A program made the position numbers and the translations under genes. A stretch of DNA of 62,897 nucleotides from a virus. Its lineage: Duplodnaviria; Caudoviricetes. Of this stretch, positions 40,501-50,057 are shown in pieces (the stretch's first letter is position 1; every line of letters begins with the position of its first letter). The stretch covers positions 1 through 62,897 of IMG/VR virus record IMGVR_UViG_3300025030_000106; one strand, 5' to 3'. The notes beneath the pieces were generated by a model. That model saw only the letters and a list, made by a program, of their open reading frames with translations, was not told the origin of the DNA and made no database searches.

Positions 40501-43500
40501 GCCAGGGTTCAGCCATTATATGACCCTTGAATATGGCCAAGACGGCATAGTCACGACCCTTGGCGGAAACCACTCCATCAGCCTTGACCACTTCTTTTCT
40601 GGCAGCCTTGACCGCGACGTCGACGTTAACCTCATCCACGAAAGCGGTGTAGATGTCAAACCCGAAGTTGTCCGTAGCGTAGTCCGGGCGCTGCAGGATT
40701 ATTGTGTACTTCATTTCAGACCCTCCTCGCATTTTTGAACGCATGCAGGACCCGGCTCAAGGTCTCAGCATGTCCCCGGAGCCAGATCAAGGTCTCGGCC
40801 GCGGTCGCACCTTTCAGAGCGTTGGTGCCGTACCAGCCCTCGAAATCAAGGATAGCCTGGTGCTGGTCGGCTTCCTCTTTTGAATTGAATTCCCGGCCGT
40901 CCGACGTCTTATACGACGTCACCGTCGACGGAGTCCTAAACTTTAATAGTGCCGCCATTCTTGACCTCCTAGCATTGGTTATCCTGCATTAAACGAAGCA
41001 CAAATCACACCTTGTTTGGTGCCTTTCACAGCCTTCCCTAGAAACTTGACTATTACATCATCTGGACTATTGCACCAAGCATCAGAGGGTTCACTAAACA
41101 CTTTTGGCAGCCCGGTTGAAGGGTCCATATGTTTTGCGATTTTAGCACTTTTTGCTGCAACAACTGCAGAATCAAAAGTCTCATAGCCCCAATTAGTCGA
41201 TTGCGAGATTAGATACAGTCGCATTCTTGACCTCCTCAAAGAATTTTTCGTCACTCCAGCTTTCAGTGTCGAGTATAATCCTGAGCCCGATCAAGTCATT
41301 AACCATAGTCAGGTTACTCTCCAAGCAGGTCGGGATCGTGAATTGATTGATGGCTCGGGTCAAGCTCTTGCGCTGCTTTTTGAGCAACTCCAAGTCCACG
41401 TTTTTAATGATCAGATCGGACATCAGGTTACCTCCTTCAGAAAGCAATCTTTCAAAGTGTTCCGGCGGATTCTGACTGTCACATGATCCCCCAGACTCTC
41501 CAAGCACAAAGGCTTCAGCTGAGTAACCAGGAAGTGTGACCGGCCTTTGCCGTCGGAAAAATGGATCGGCCGGGTTTCGATCTGCATCCCGACTTTGAGT
41601 TTGAACACCTTGCCCTTGGCAATATTATCCCAACACTTCCGACGCCACTCCAAGGCATACTCGTGGGCAGTGGGCGTGAGCAGGTTCAGGATCCGTTCCG
41701 GGCACTGAGCCTCGCATGGACCGACGGATTCGTCCATATCCTTGTAGCCGGTGTCGTAATCGTCTTTCGGTCGGTAATCCAAGAGAAAGACGTAGGCCAC
41801 GACATAGGGGTCTTGACCCGCCCGGGTGATCCTCACCGCCATGTAGGCCGTCCTGAACTTGACAATAGCGCAGTCGAGCATCTCCCATTTTGTGCCTTTG
41901 TCATTTGTGCAGTCGGTCTCTCCTCTGAGAAATTCCTTAATCGGTTGCGTTCCGCGGTGCGTGTATGTCCAGCCCATATTTATGCCTCCTCGGTTGCTTT
42001 CTTTATTGCATCTTCGATAGGCTGCTTGTTTTTGCTGCAGATTAGGAGCGCACGAGCCAATTTACATGCCTCCAACAAGTCAGGAGCAGCGGCCATAAGG
42101 GTAGCGTGTTCCTTTTCGTAGGTTACGGCAATATTGTTGCCTTTGTCGTCGACGACCAGCCCTTGATGGTTTCCTGTCTTTGCTACATGCCACATAATCA
42201 GATCCTCCTATTTGATTTGACAAAGCCCAGCTTCGATCAGGCCTATTGCCATCCGCTGATACGACCCCTGCAGTTGCCAGACGATTCCGAAATCGATCAG
42301 GCTTTGAAACCCCTCGATCACGGCGTCTTCGTCAAGCCGGCCGTCTTCGTAGGCATTAATAAAGCTGACGACGTCGACGTTGCTCATGCTCAGATCTCCT
42401 CTTTTAACTTGATTTCTGTTTCTTCTCGGATTTCTTTCCAGTCGATTTCTTTTTCATCCCTCGGTAGATCCTTGACCCAGTCGTCAAGTTTGACACAAAA
42501 TTCAGAGCAATATCTCCAGAATTTACTTGGGTTGAGAGTCCCGTCTTTTCGAAGAATTTGTCTGGCGCCGGGGAGAAATCTGGGTTCTTGCATCAAATAC
42601 AAGGCCATCATCCACGTTCCTGCATTTGTCCAGCCTTGATATCGAATTTCTGCCTGACGTTTCTTTTGAGCCTCATTCCGGATTATCCAAGGTTTGTGCC
42701 CGGGGGTATGCCCGGCCGGAACACCATAAGGTTCAAGATCAGAACTCCAGATCTCCCGCGGGTACCAATCTGTTTCCCAGTGGCACCAAGGCTGGGAATA
42801 CCCATCAAGGCGAATTTGCACATTACCAACTTGGGATTTGTTACACTTATCAGGAGGGGCGTCAACGACTCGCCCCCACTCTCCTTGGGCACAATACAGA
42901 TATCGATCTCCAAACAAGCTTGTTTTGAAAATGTTTCTGGTGACCCTGACGATGTCGCCGAGGTGGAAGAAATGGCCACGGCAGCCATCTGGGTAATACG
43001 TGGTTCTCATGCCCGCGCCCTCTTTCGATTTGCTTCCATGGTAAAGACCTGAAATTCGACTACGCGCTGGCCGGTGGGCCGAAACGTGGTGACCGCCTTG
43101 ACCGGGCGCTTTCTCTTGTCCTCAAAGTACTGTACTGCACAAACCTGACGCTCTGTTTTCATTTTGATTCTCCTTTTTGTCTGGGTAGTTTTAAACTACT
43201 GGTTACCTAAACTATTTTCGAGTTCCCGAAGTCGATCGTGCTCCCAAGGTGTGGCCAGCTTCCCACGGCAGGCCCGACGTAAATAATCCATCTCGCGCAG
43301 GTTGTTTATTCTGTGCATATGCCCAATAGCGTCCGGGTAGTTTGCAGCCATGTTGTGCCAGTCGTCGGCGGTTAAGTGTGGGAACATCGTTCACCTCACG
43401 CCGCGGCAGTGGCCAGGAGTCCAAGAATGAGCAGACCCCGGGCGGTTATCGGATAGGGAACGCCGCCGAGCGGATACTCGTCGTAGCTCCAAACGAAATG

Positions 43501-44004
43501 GGGAACCACGTCAAATCCGCGTTCCGCCATGCGATCCACCCAAGGTTGCGGCAGGGCATTGTCGAACACTTTCAGGCCTTTTGATTTTGCAACTTCATCT
43601 TTTGTCGGCATGGTTCAGTCCTCCTTTAGTTTCCAGATCAGCCATGGTGTGGTGCGTTCTGTTGTGAAACTCGTGCCACCATCTTGGAAGGTGTGCATAA
43701 GCTCTCTGTCAAAGTGGCTGAAGTGCCTGGGCAGCCATTGGGCGACGGCGTAGTCCTTGACGTAGACCTTGGCGTCTGTAGCCAGGTCGGGCAGGGGCGC
43801 TGTTTCTTTGGGGAGAGGGAACTCGTGCCAATAGAGATCGGGATAGAGATCCCGGTGATCAAATTTACCCTTAAGATTGTACCATCTTTTGAAATCTTCC
43901 CTAAAAATGACCTCGATATCGTCGACGTAAATGTTACTGATCACGCCCCAGCCCGACGTCACTGACCAGACTTTGTCACCAATCTTCACATTTTTGAATT
44001 TCAT
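34565..44004 (-). other. Array of about 30 small early genes, mostly hypothetical
   Basis: Dense RBS-preceded ORFs, e.g. 34565-34795 (YPWRSMKVGDSFFVP), 35285-35695 (DGYPEGHG), 35723-36184 (YWRKANAIH), 41423-41977. Confidence 0.6.
36822..37163 (-). CDS. DUF2958-like protein
   Basis: WWVTE.D....FFG.V.......EWGYFSLSEL. Confidence 0.7.
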   Translation of the reverse strand: MWAKPTKRDLERIPKLYSTKDVKTGDKIVHGHFFVASCDWWVTEFDHEDGDTFFGFVCLGDQQNAEWGYFSLSELKEIKLRGMFEVDFDKHWRKRPVREVSEIAACPCGILGE

Positions 44005-44711
44005 TTCTCAACCTCCTGGAATAATTGATAAATTATGGAGTTAAATTCAATTCGAGCAGCGTCCCAAGCAGCATCCCGAGCAGCGTCCCAAGCAGCGTCC
44101 CAAGCAGCGTCCTGAGCAGCGTCCCGAGCAGCGCCCCGAGCAGCGCCCCAAGCAGCGTCCCGAGCAGCGCCCCGAGCAGCGCCCCAAGCAGCGTCCCGAG
44201 CAGCGCCCCGAGCAGCGCCCCAAGCAGCATCCCAAGCAGCGTCCCAAGCAGCGTCCCAAGCAGCGGCCCAAACAGCGTCCCGAGCAGCGCCCCAAACAGC
44301 GCCCCAAACAGCGTCCCGAGCAGCGCCCCGTAGGGATTCGTCAGCTGTCTTGAGGTAGTTTAGAACTACCTCCGGGCAGTTGGGACAGAGATGAATAATG
44401 CTCAGAGCTTGATCACAGGCGAAACGCCGCAGGAGTTGAGTGACATTGATAGATTGCAGGATAATGCGCTCGCGCCCGACCCATTTGTCGATAGGATTTC
44501 CATGCGAAATCATTTTTCCTCTGAGTTTGACATGGTGAAGAATGGCTCCTGGAGCAAATTGTAAGGCGTCAAAAGGTTCCTCGCTCATATGCAAACCGGA
44601 TTCGCAGGGGATGACAGCACCTTTGTGCCGGAGGATCTTCCCGACGTCAGGAATGGTTGAGCCATCTCGAAGGGTGTTATTTGTGAAATGCCAGCCGAGT
44701 TTTGTTTGCAT
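44001..44711 (-). CDS. Protein with C-terminal AA[RWQ][DGA] tetrapeptide repeats
   Basis: CESGLH N-terminal domain, LRRFAC helix, about 23 repeats. Confidence 0.8.
   Translation of the reverse strand: MQTKLGWHFTNNTLRDGSTIPDVGKILRHKGAVIPCESGLHMSEEPFDALQFAPGAILHHVKLRGKMISHGNPIDKWVGRERIILQSINVTQLLRRFACDQALSIIHLCPNCPEVVLNYLKTADESLRGAARDAVWGAVWGAARDAVWAAAWDAAWDAAWDAAWGAARGAARDAAWGAARGAARDAAWGAARGAARDAAQDAAWDAAWDAARDAAWDAARIEFNSIIYQLFQEVEK
44053..44329. repeat. 12-bp coding minisatellite
   Basis: Minus-strand units GCT-GCT-(CGG/TGG/CAG)-(GAC/GGC/GCC/GAT), occasionally GCT-GTT. Confidence 0.95.
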
Positions 44712-45035
44712 TGCAAACCTCCTCTTTGTTAAATTTCCCGGAAGTATAGGTTTTGTCTATAGCACCGTAGACGTCTTCGCATTCGTAAACTTGTACGTTT
44801 TGTGCAACGTCTGGCGTTGGCGTCAGGCAGTTGAGGATCATCCCCAGGGTTAACCCCAGGGTGAGGCTAATAAGGATTGCTTTTAGCATGCTGCCTCCTT
44901 TCATTCTGAGCCAGACATCTCTGGATCTTTTCTTCTTTCTTAATAGCAGGGTCTTCCGGTTTATAATCTCGACGGAATTCCCGACGTTGACGTTGCTCTC
45001 TTGTGGGGAATTGGATGATCATGATGTGGCCTCCT

Positions 45036-45614
45036 CTACTTTGAGTCTGTGACCATTCTGATGAGCTGCTCACACTGTTTTTGTCGAGCAGCGTCCTGAG
45101 CAGCGTCCTGAGCAGCGTCCTGAGCAGCGTCCTGAGCAGCGGCCTGAGCAGCGGCCTGAGCAGCGTCCTGAGCAGCGCCCCAAGCAGCGCCCCAAGCAGC
45201 GCCCCAAGCAGCGCCCCAAACAGCGCCCCGAGCAGCGGCCTGAGCAGCGCCCCGAGCAGCGCCCCAAGCAGCGTCCCAAGCAGCGTCCCAAGCAGCGTCC
45301 TGAGCAGCAGTTAATTCTTCTGCAGTGGCCTGCCCGTGGGCAAATCGTTCAGCAACGTTGCAGGCAGCAATACTGCGCGGATCCGGATCTTTGATAAGTT
45401 TCAAGGCTTCTCGGGCACACCAAACTGCAAAAAGTCTCAGTGTCTTCGAATCAATGGCCTCTTCCCTGAGCACGACCCAAAGCCGATCCTCGATAGGAAC
45501 GTTGTCAGCTCTGAGGACGTCAAGAGCGGTCCCTTGCCAGTCCTTGGGGATGAACTTGATCGGGTCATAACATGGATCCCAAGAGCAAATGAGTTTGTAC
45601 GTTAACGTTTTCAT
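45036..45614 (-). CDS. Imm5-like-domain protein with AA[RWQ][DGA] repeats
   Basis: LRLFAVWCA...DPRS.AAC.VAERFA.G then about 18 repeats. Confidence 0.8.
   Translation of the reverse strand: MKTLTYKLICSWDPCYDPIKFIPKDWQGTALDVLRADNVPIEDRLWVVLREEAIDSKTLRLFAVWCAREALKLIKDPDPRSIAACNVAERFAHGQATAEELTAAQDAAWDAAWDAAWGAARGAAQAAARGAVWGAAWGAAWGAAWGAAQDAAQAAAQAAAQDAAQDAAQDAAQDAARQKQCEQLIRMVTDSK
45085..45309. repeat. 12-bp coding minisatellite (second array)
   Basis: Same unit and codons as 44053-44329. Confidence 0.95.
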
Positions 45615-46136
45615 AGTAGTGGTCTCCTGTTTGGTTTTAAAGGTCCCCTCTGGGGGCTGGAATGACTCTTCCTGCTCTTTTTGGAATTTTAGGGTAGGGT
45701 GGGCTGGGTTTTGAGTTCCAGTTCGTGTATGAGCACTTTGATGGCCAGGATGAGGTCTCGTTTAATCCAGTAGCAGGCTTTGTCTGTTTCTGCATTGGCA
45801 TACCTGTAGTAGAGAGACCTTCCACGATTGCCCCAGCAACCTTTAGAATGGTATCGTTGGGATCTTGGTGGTTCAGGATCCCAAACAGTTCTTAATGGAC
45901 AAACAGGTTCACATTCACAATGTCTTTGATTTGAGCCTACTGTGATGCCAGAGTAGTTTTGAACTACCCACTCGCAGGCCGGCCAGTTGTTGTAATACTC
46001 AGGTGTTTGCTGCGGATTATTCGGGGGAAATGTGTCTGAGAATGCTTCTGTGAACCGCAGGCACTCTTTCAGGCATTCTTCGAGTGTGAATTTCATTGGG
46101 TTTAAGGTCCTGCTTGAGTTTTGATTCGAGTCCGAA

Positions 46137-46877
46137 TTATGAACGGTGAACAATGGTTTGCCGTCTGCCAGCAATGCCTCCAGCTCGTGAGAGAAATGAG
46201 TTCTCAGGTGTGTAGCCTTTGTTACAGTCTTTTCTGAGGACGTATTTCTTGCCGTTGTAGTCAGGATCAAAGACTTCTCCGAAGTTTGGTTGGGAAATGG
46301 CCCAACCGAGAAACCAGACGAAATCCTGTGCCCAAAGAGGATCCATTGAGGTTCTGAGCCGCTTGGACCTTTCTCTTATTTTAGTCCAGGTGGTATACAT
46401 TTCGTGCTTAGTTTTGCAGGTGTTAAAGATGTCTTTAGGCCAGGCACCCTTTTCCGGGCCGATGCAGCCGCAAGACAGAATTGAATGCGGATTCTTGGAT
46501 CGCTTGGTGAACCTTTTGCCACAAAGGCAGAGTCCGGTGTAGACGTTTTTGTGACGCCGGAGCTGGCTCCAGAAGTTGTATTTGATGTTTTTCTTCAAGT
46601 CTTCGGCGTACTCCTTTTGGAGTTCGATTCGCTGGGGATATCTTTTGCAGCCGCAACTTTCAGTGTGTCCTGAAACCAAATTTCGTCTCAAAACTGAAAA
46701 TGATTCGGAGGTGTTGCATTCACAGGTTACAAGCCAGGCTGTTCTTCCGAGATATCTTTCCACAGTGAGCTTGCCAAACTTCTTGCCAGTGAGATCTTCC
46801 TTGAGTGGTCGTCCCAAAAGAGTCTTATTTACGTAAGTGCTTAGAATATCTACAATTGGTGGTTTTTTTGATCCCAT
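46137..46877 (-). CDS. HNH-type homing endonuclease-like protein
   Basis: DLTGKKFGKLTV...CEC...L.SG.T.SCGC repeats; W..DF..FL.WA and D.NKGYTPEN. Confidence 0.7.
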   Translation of the reverse strand: MGSKKPPIVDILSTYVNKTLLGRPLKEDLTGKKFGKLTVERYLGRTAWLVTCECNTSESFSVLRRNLVSGHTESCGCKRYPQRIELQKEYAEDLKKNIKYNFWSQLRRHKNVYTGLCLCGKRFTKRSKNPHSILSCGCIGPEKGAWPKDIFNTCKTKHEMYTTWTKIRERSKRLRTSMDPLWAQDFVWFLGWAISQPNFGEVFDPDYNGKKYVLRKDCNKGYTPENSFLSRAGGIAGRRQTIVHRS

Positions 46878-47460
46878 GAATGGCTCCAGAGAAGAAAGGG
46901 GTTATTAGATAATGATAGAATAGCACAGAGATAACAGAAATACTAGGTAAAATGTCACCCTACCAGGGCTTGGAAAATCTTTACTATATAAAAAAAAATT
47001 CTCTATGTACCCCTCGAATTTTTCCCTCGCGAAGGACTTTTTATAGTAGTGGTAGGGTAATAGTAATAAAGTAAAAATGTTAACCTATTGTTAATGGGGC
47101 ATTTTGAGGTTCAGAAATAGTTCTCTCGAGTTTGGCCAAAAAACTGACTTTTAGGCCCGATGCTCTGTCATTCCTGGCATAGTTTATTTTTTAGCTATTT
47201 TTGTGTGCATATGCTCAGAATGTTTTTTATAAAATACTATGTCATTTTTGACACACTTATTTTTTTGATTAAACTTTTGGGCCTGAAGCTCGACAGAAAT
47301 CTTTTACAAGGTTTATGAGTCTCTAGAAAACATTATGCGACATTGGAGAAGAATTTTTGGGACTATTTCAGGAAAGTGAAAAACATTATGCGACATTGTG
47401 GACGTTAACGTCGACGTCTTGAGGATGTTAGGCCGGCCCACTCGCCAAAAAATTTCTATG
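46878..47460. other. AT-rich non-coding region with direct and inverted repeats (candidate origin or control region)
   Basis: No ORF; AAAACATTATGCGACATTG at 47327-47345 and 47380-47398; A/T tracts. Confidence 0.4.
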
Positions 47461-47461
47461 C

Positions 47462-47597
47462 TTGACAGGATGAAAAAAAGACTGTAACGTCACGATTGAC
47501 GTTACAAAACACGAAAAAAGGGGCGCCCAATCGAGCACCCCTTTTTTTATTGTTGACAGGCTAGAAAAAAGTTTGTAACGTCACGATTGACGTTACA
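47462..47597. terminator. Three consecutive hairpins (two identical 24-bp palindromes around a bidirectional terminator)
   Basis: TGTAACGTCA-CGAT-TGACGTTACA at 47483-47506 and 47574-47597, each with a minus-strand T tract; AAAAAAGGGG...CCCCTTTTTTT between them. Confidence 0.7.
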
Positions 47598-47922
47598 AGA
47601 CACGTCGACGTTTATAGCAACTTCCATTCATCCAGACAACTCCAGGCGAATCATCAGCCGGCATGTTTTGGGCCCTTCCTGAACCTGTCCATTGGTATCT
47701 TGTTTGCTCCCTTTTCTGTGCCAGATATTCCTCACTCACTCCTATATAGTGGCGTAAAATTCCACCATGTTGACGTCGATACTCCTGACATTGTTCTTTT
47801 GATTTTCCCTCGAAGATTGTCACACCGGCCAGGTCAACGAACCATCTTTCTTTAGCTGGTTTCGGCTGTCTGACATCCTCATCCTTGAAGGGCCAATTTG
47901 TTCCCAGCAGATTCCATGTCAT
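47593..47922 (-). CDS. Hypothetical immediate-early protein
   Basis: AAGGAG RBS; 109 aa. Confidence 0.65.
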   Translation of the reverse strand: MTWNLLGTNWPFKDEDVRQPKPAKERWFVDLAGVTIFEGKSKEQCQEYRRQHGGILRHYIGVSEEYLAQKREQTRYQWTGSGRAQNMPADDSPGVVWMNGSCYKRRRVL

Positions 47923-47951
47923 TGTGTTCTCCTTTTACTGTCTGGCGAGCT

Positions 47952-48045
47952 GTTGACGTTGACGTTGACGTTGACGTTGACGTTGACGTTGACGTTGACG
48001 TTGACGTTGACGTTGACGTTGACGTTGACGTTGACGTTGACGTTG
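47952..48045. repeat. Perfect tandem array (GTTGAC)15 plus GTTG
   Basis: Read directly; intergenic; bracketed by CGAGC/GCTCG. Confidence 0.97.
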
Positions 48046-48074
48046 CTCGGTAGTTTAAAATTGCCTTGTTAGGT

Positions 48075-48197
48075 CTAGATTACTTTTAAAATTCTTGCGC
48101 AGATTAACAGAACAGCTTGCAATACTTCGCCCTCTGTTCTCAATCCCTCGTCATATGCGGTCAGAATTTCTTTAATTTCTGTTATTGCATTCTTCAT
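48075..48197 (-). CDS. 40-aa hypothetical protein (not in ORF track)
   Basis: AGGAGG RBS; MKNAITEIKEILTAYDEGLRTEGEVLQAVLLICARILKVI. Confidence 0.55.
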   Translation of the reverse strand: MKNAITEIKEILTAYDEGLRTEGEVLQAVLLICARILKVI

Positions 48198-48368
48198 TTT
48201 TGTTCCTCCTAGGTAGTTTAAAACTACCGTCTTGCACACTTTGTGCTATTTGTTACTTCCCGCCTTGCGTTTGTGTTATCGGCATTTCCGATACTCCAAA
48301 CGCAAGGCGGGCAGGGTGAACAATCACCCTGCCCGCTCCCTCCTCTGAGGTAGTTTTAAACTACCCTG

Positions 48369-48950
48369 CTACATGCAAGCCACCATGACGGCAATATTGG
48401 TGGCGCTGACTTCTTGCCCTTTCTGGGACAGGATAGCACGGGCGCGTTGCTCCTTCTCGTCATGCGCGATAGCCTCGGCTTTTTCGCGCAACTCCTTGGT
48501 AGCATCGCGCAGAGCAACAGCCGCCTTGCTGTGCATGGCTTTCATGGTGTCAATGACATGAGCCGGGACACTCTCCCCCAGGACGTCCCATGCATCACTG
48601 AGCTTGTCCTTCTCGATGCGCGCAACATGAGCGATGACCGTGCAGTTATCGCCGGCGAAATGCAGGCTGTACGTCTCATCGCTGGCTTTTACCATGGCCA
48701 GACCGAGGGAGCGCTTAAGCGACTGTTTGGCGGCCTTTGTTCCGGTAAAGACAGCCATGGACAGGGACAGGTGGTCAACGAGGAGGGCATGATCTTTACC
48801 GTACTCGCCAATCATGGCCACGCGTTCCACCGACAACGCTTTGTTGCTCGCTGTCACGGCTTCCCTGTTCACGAGGTTCGCGGCGGTACGACTGAAGTGG
48901 TTCAACCAGTCAATCGTCGTGAGGTCTGTTGCTGTTGCTTTCTTTTTCAT
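48369..48950 (-). CDS. Hypothetical immediate-early protein
   Basis: AGGAG RBS; 193 aa. Confidence 0.7.
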   Translation of the reverse strand: MKKKATATDLTTIDWLNHFSRTAANLVNREAVTASNKALSVERVAMIGEYGKDHALLVDHLSLSMAVFTGTKAAKQSLKRSLGLAMVKASDETYSLHFAGDNCTVIAHVARIEKDKLSDAWDVLGESVPAHVIDTMKAMHSKAAVALRDATKELREKAEAIAHDEKEQRARAILSQKGQEVSATNIAVMVACM

Positions 48951-48979
48951 GATGTTGTCTCCTGTTGTCTGATGTTAAA

Positions 48980-49404
48980 CTACTTGATTGATAACCCTTC
49001 TACCTTGTAGGTATCCCCATCAGCGGACTCGACAGGGTGGAGGGTAAACGCTACTGTTACCTTGTCGCCTATGGCGTAGTGTGCCTGGCTTGTTGCCCCC
49101 CATACCTCTGACCCTACCTGCAAGCACACCACATTTTTCGGGGCGTTCTCGATACAAGGTCGGACTGTGGCTGTTCCTGTTAACGTCATACCCTGTTGCA
49201 ATGATGCTATCATTACCGCTGTCAATAACAAGTTGCCCATGATTACACCCCTAATGTTAAATTATAGAAGGATTGATAGCCTAATGCAATTACCCGTGCC
49301 AAGTACTTTCCGACCAAAGGGCGTAACCAAACACGTATGTGTAATGGGTTTAGATAGTGGCGCACTTGGTCGGCGTTGGTAGTGTGATGGATTGATGTCG
49401 TCAT
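48980..49404 (-). other. Two small immediate-early CDS (48980-49240; 49243-49404, not in ORF track)
   Basis: First ORFs after the strong promoter; AAGGAG RBS before 49404. Confidence 0.5.
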
Positions 49405-49448
49405 GGCCTAGTGCTCCTTTGTTCTGATTGTTCTTCTCTCTTACTTAT

Positions 49449-49477
49449 AATATACGACATCGTTACCAAGATGTCAA
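49449..49477 (-). promoter_or_regulatory. Strong sigma70 early promoter
   Basis: TTGACA-N17-TATATT with AT-rich upstream tract. Confidence 0.8.
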
Positions 49478-49717
49478 CAAATAATTTGTTGTCGATAACT
49501 TTTTTTTCTGCTCTTTGTTATTGTATAGCTTAACGTTAAGACGTATACCGCCTACAATGTGGTAGCTCGCCCAGGGCGGCCCACGAGGTACCCCCAGAAA
49601 CCTGACAACTTTTTCTGCAGAATGTAGCATAAAATTACACCAAGCCCGACAGTAACGTCAACGTCCTCAAGACGTCGGGAGCAGGAGCAGGCAAGACGTT
49701 CCCAGACACAAGACGTC

Positions 49718-49747
49718 TTGACAAACGTCAATAGAAACGCCTATACT
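49718..49747 (+). promoter_or_regulatory. Sigma70-like promoter of terS (probably leaderless)
   Basis: TTGACA-N18-TATACT, ending 7 nt before the ATG; no SD. Confidence 0.65.
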
Positions 49748-49754
49748 GGGCAGT

Positions 49755-50057
49755 ATGAACGTCGACCTCAACGCTGAAATAAACGCACAATTGAAGCGCT
49801 GCAAGGACTTGGCTGATGACGCCACGGAAGACGGCGAGAGCCCTCTCAGTCAACGCGCCGCCGCCCTGACAACGCTCAATAACCTGCTCAAAGAGATCAC
49901 GAAGTCGCAGTTGGAAGTGATCAACATGTCACGGTTGCAAGCACTGGAACAGACACTGATTGACCTACTGCCCGAGTTTCTCTCAGACGACCAGACACAA
50001 GAGTTTATGGCGGAATATGAGCGCCGCCTGACCCTACTGGAACATAGGGATGAATGA
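49755..50057 (+). CDS. terS: Terminase small subunit (putative)
   Basis: Helical 100-aa ORF overlapping terL; assigned by position. Confidence 0.65.
   Translation: MNVDLNAEINAQLKRCKDLADDATEDGESPLSQRAAALTTLNNLLKEITKSQLEVINMSRLQALEQTLIDLLPEFLSDDQTQEFMAEYERRLTLLEHRDE

Noticed and set aside
44025-45314. Alternative-frame ORFs with SSVP, LGRC or LLGA repeats
   Set aside because: By-products of the stop-free 12-bp repeat
46896-46908. 13-nt match AAGGGGTTATTAG to the 3' end of tnpB copy B as a self-target
   Set aside because: The matching part lies upstream of the conserved ATGRGTTTGA, so probably in the scaffold rather than the guide, and it is short enough to be chance
44053-48045. Repeat arrays as CRISPR arrays
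   Set aside because: Units are contiguous 6- or 12-bp tandem repeats with no unique spacers, and no cas genes are visible
49649-49664. 14/16 match to the putative copy B guide (and a 13/14 match of the copy A guide near 39342)
   Set aside because: Short and mismatched, with the guide start undefined; cannot be distinguished from chance without mapped omegaRNA ends and TAMs
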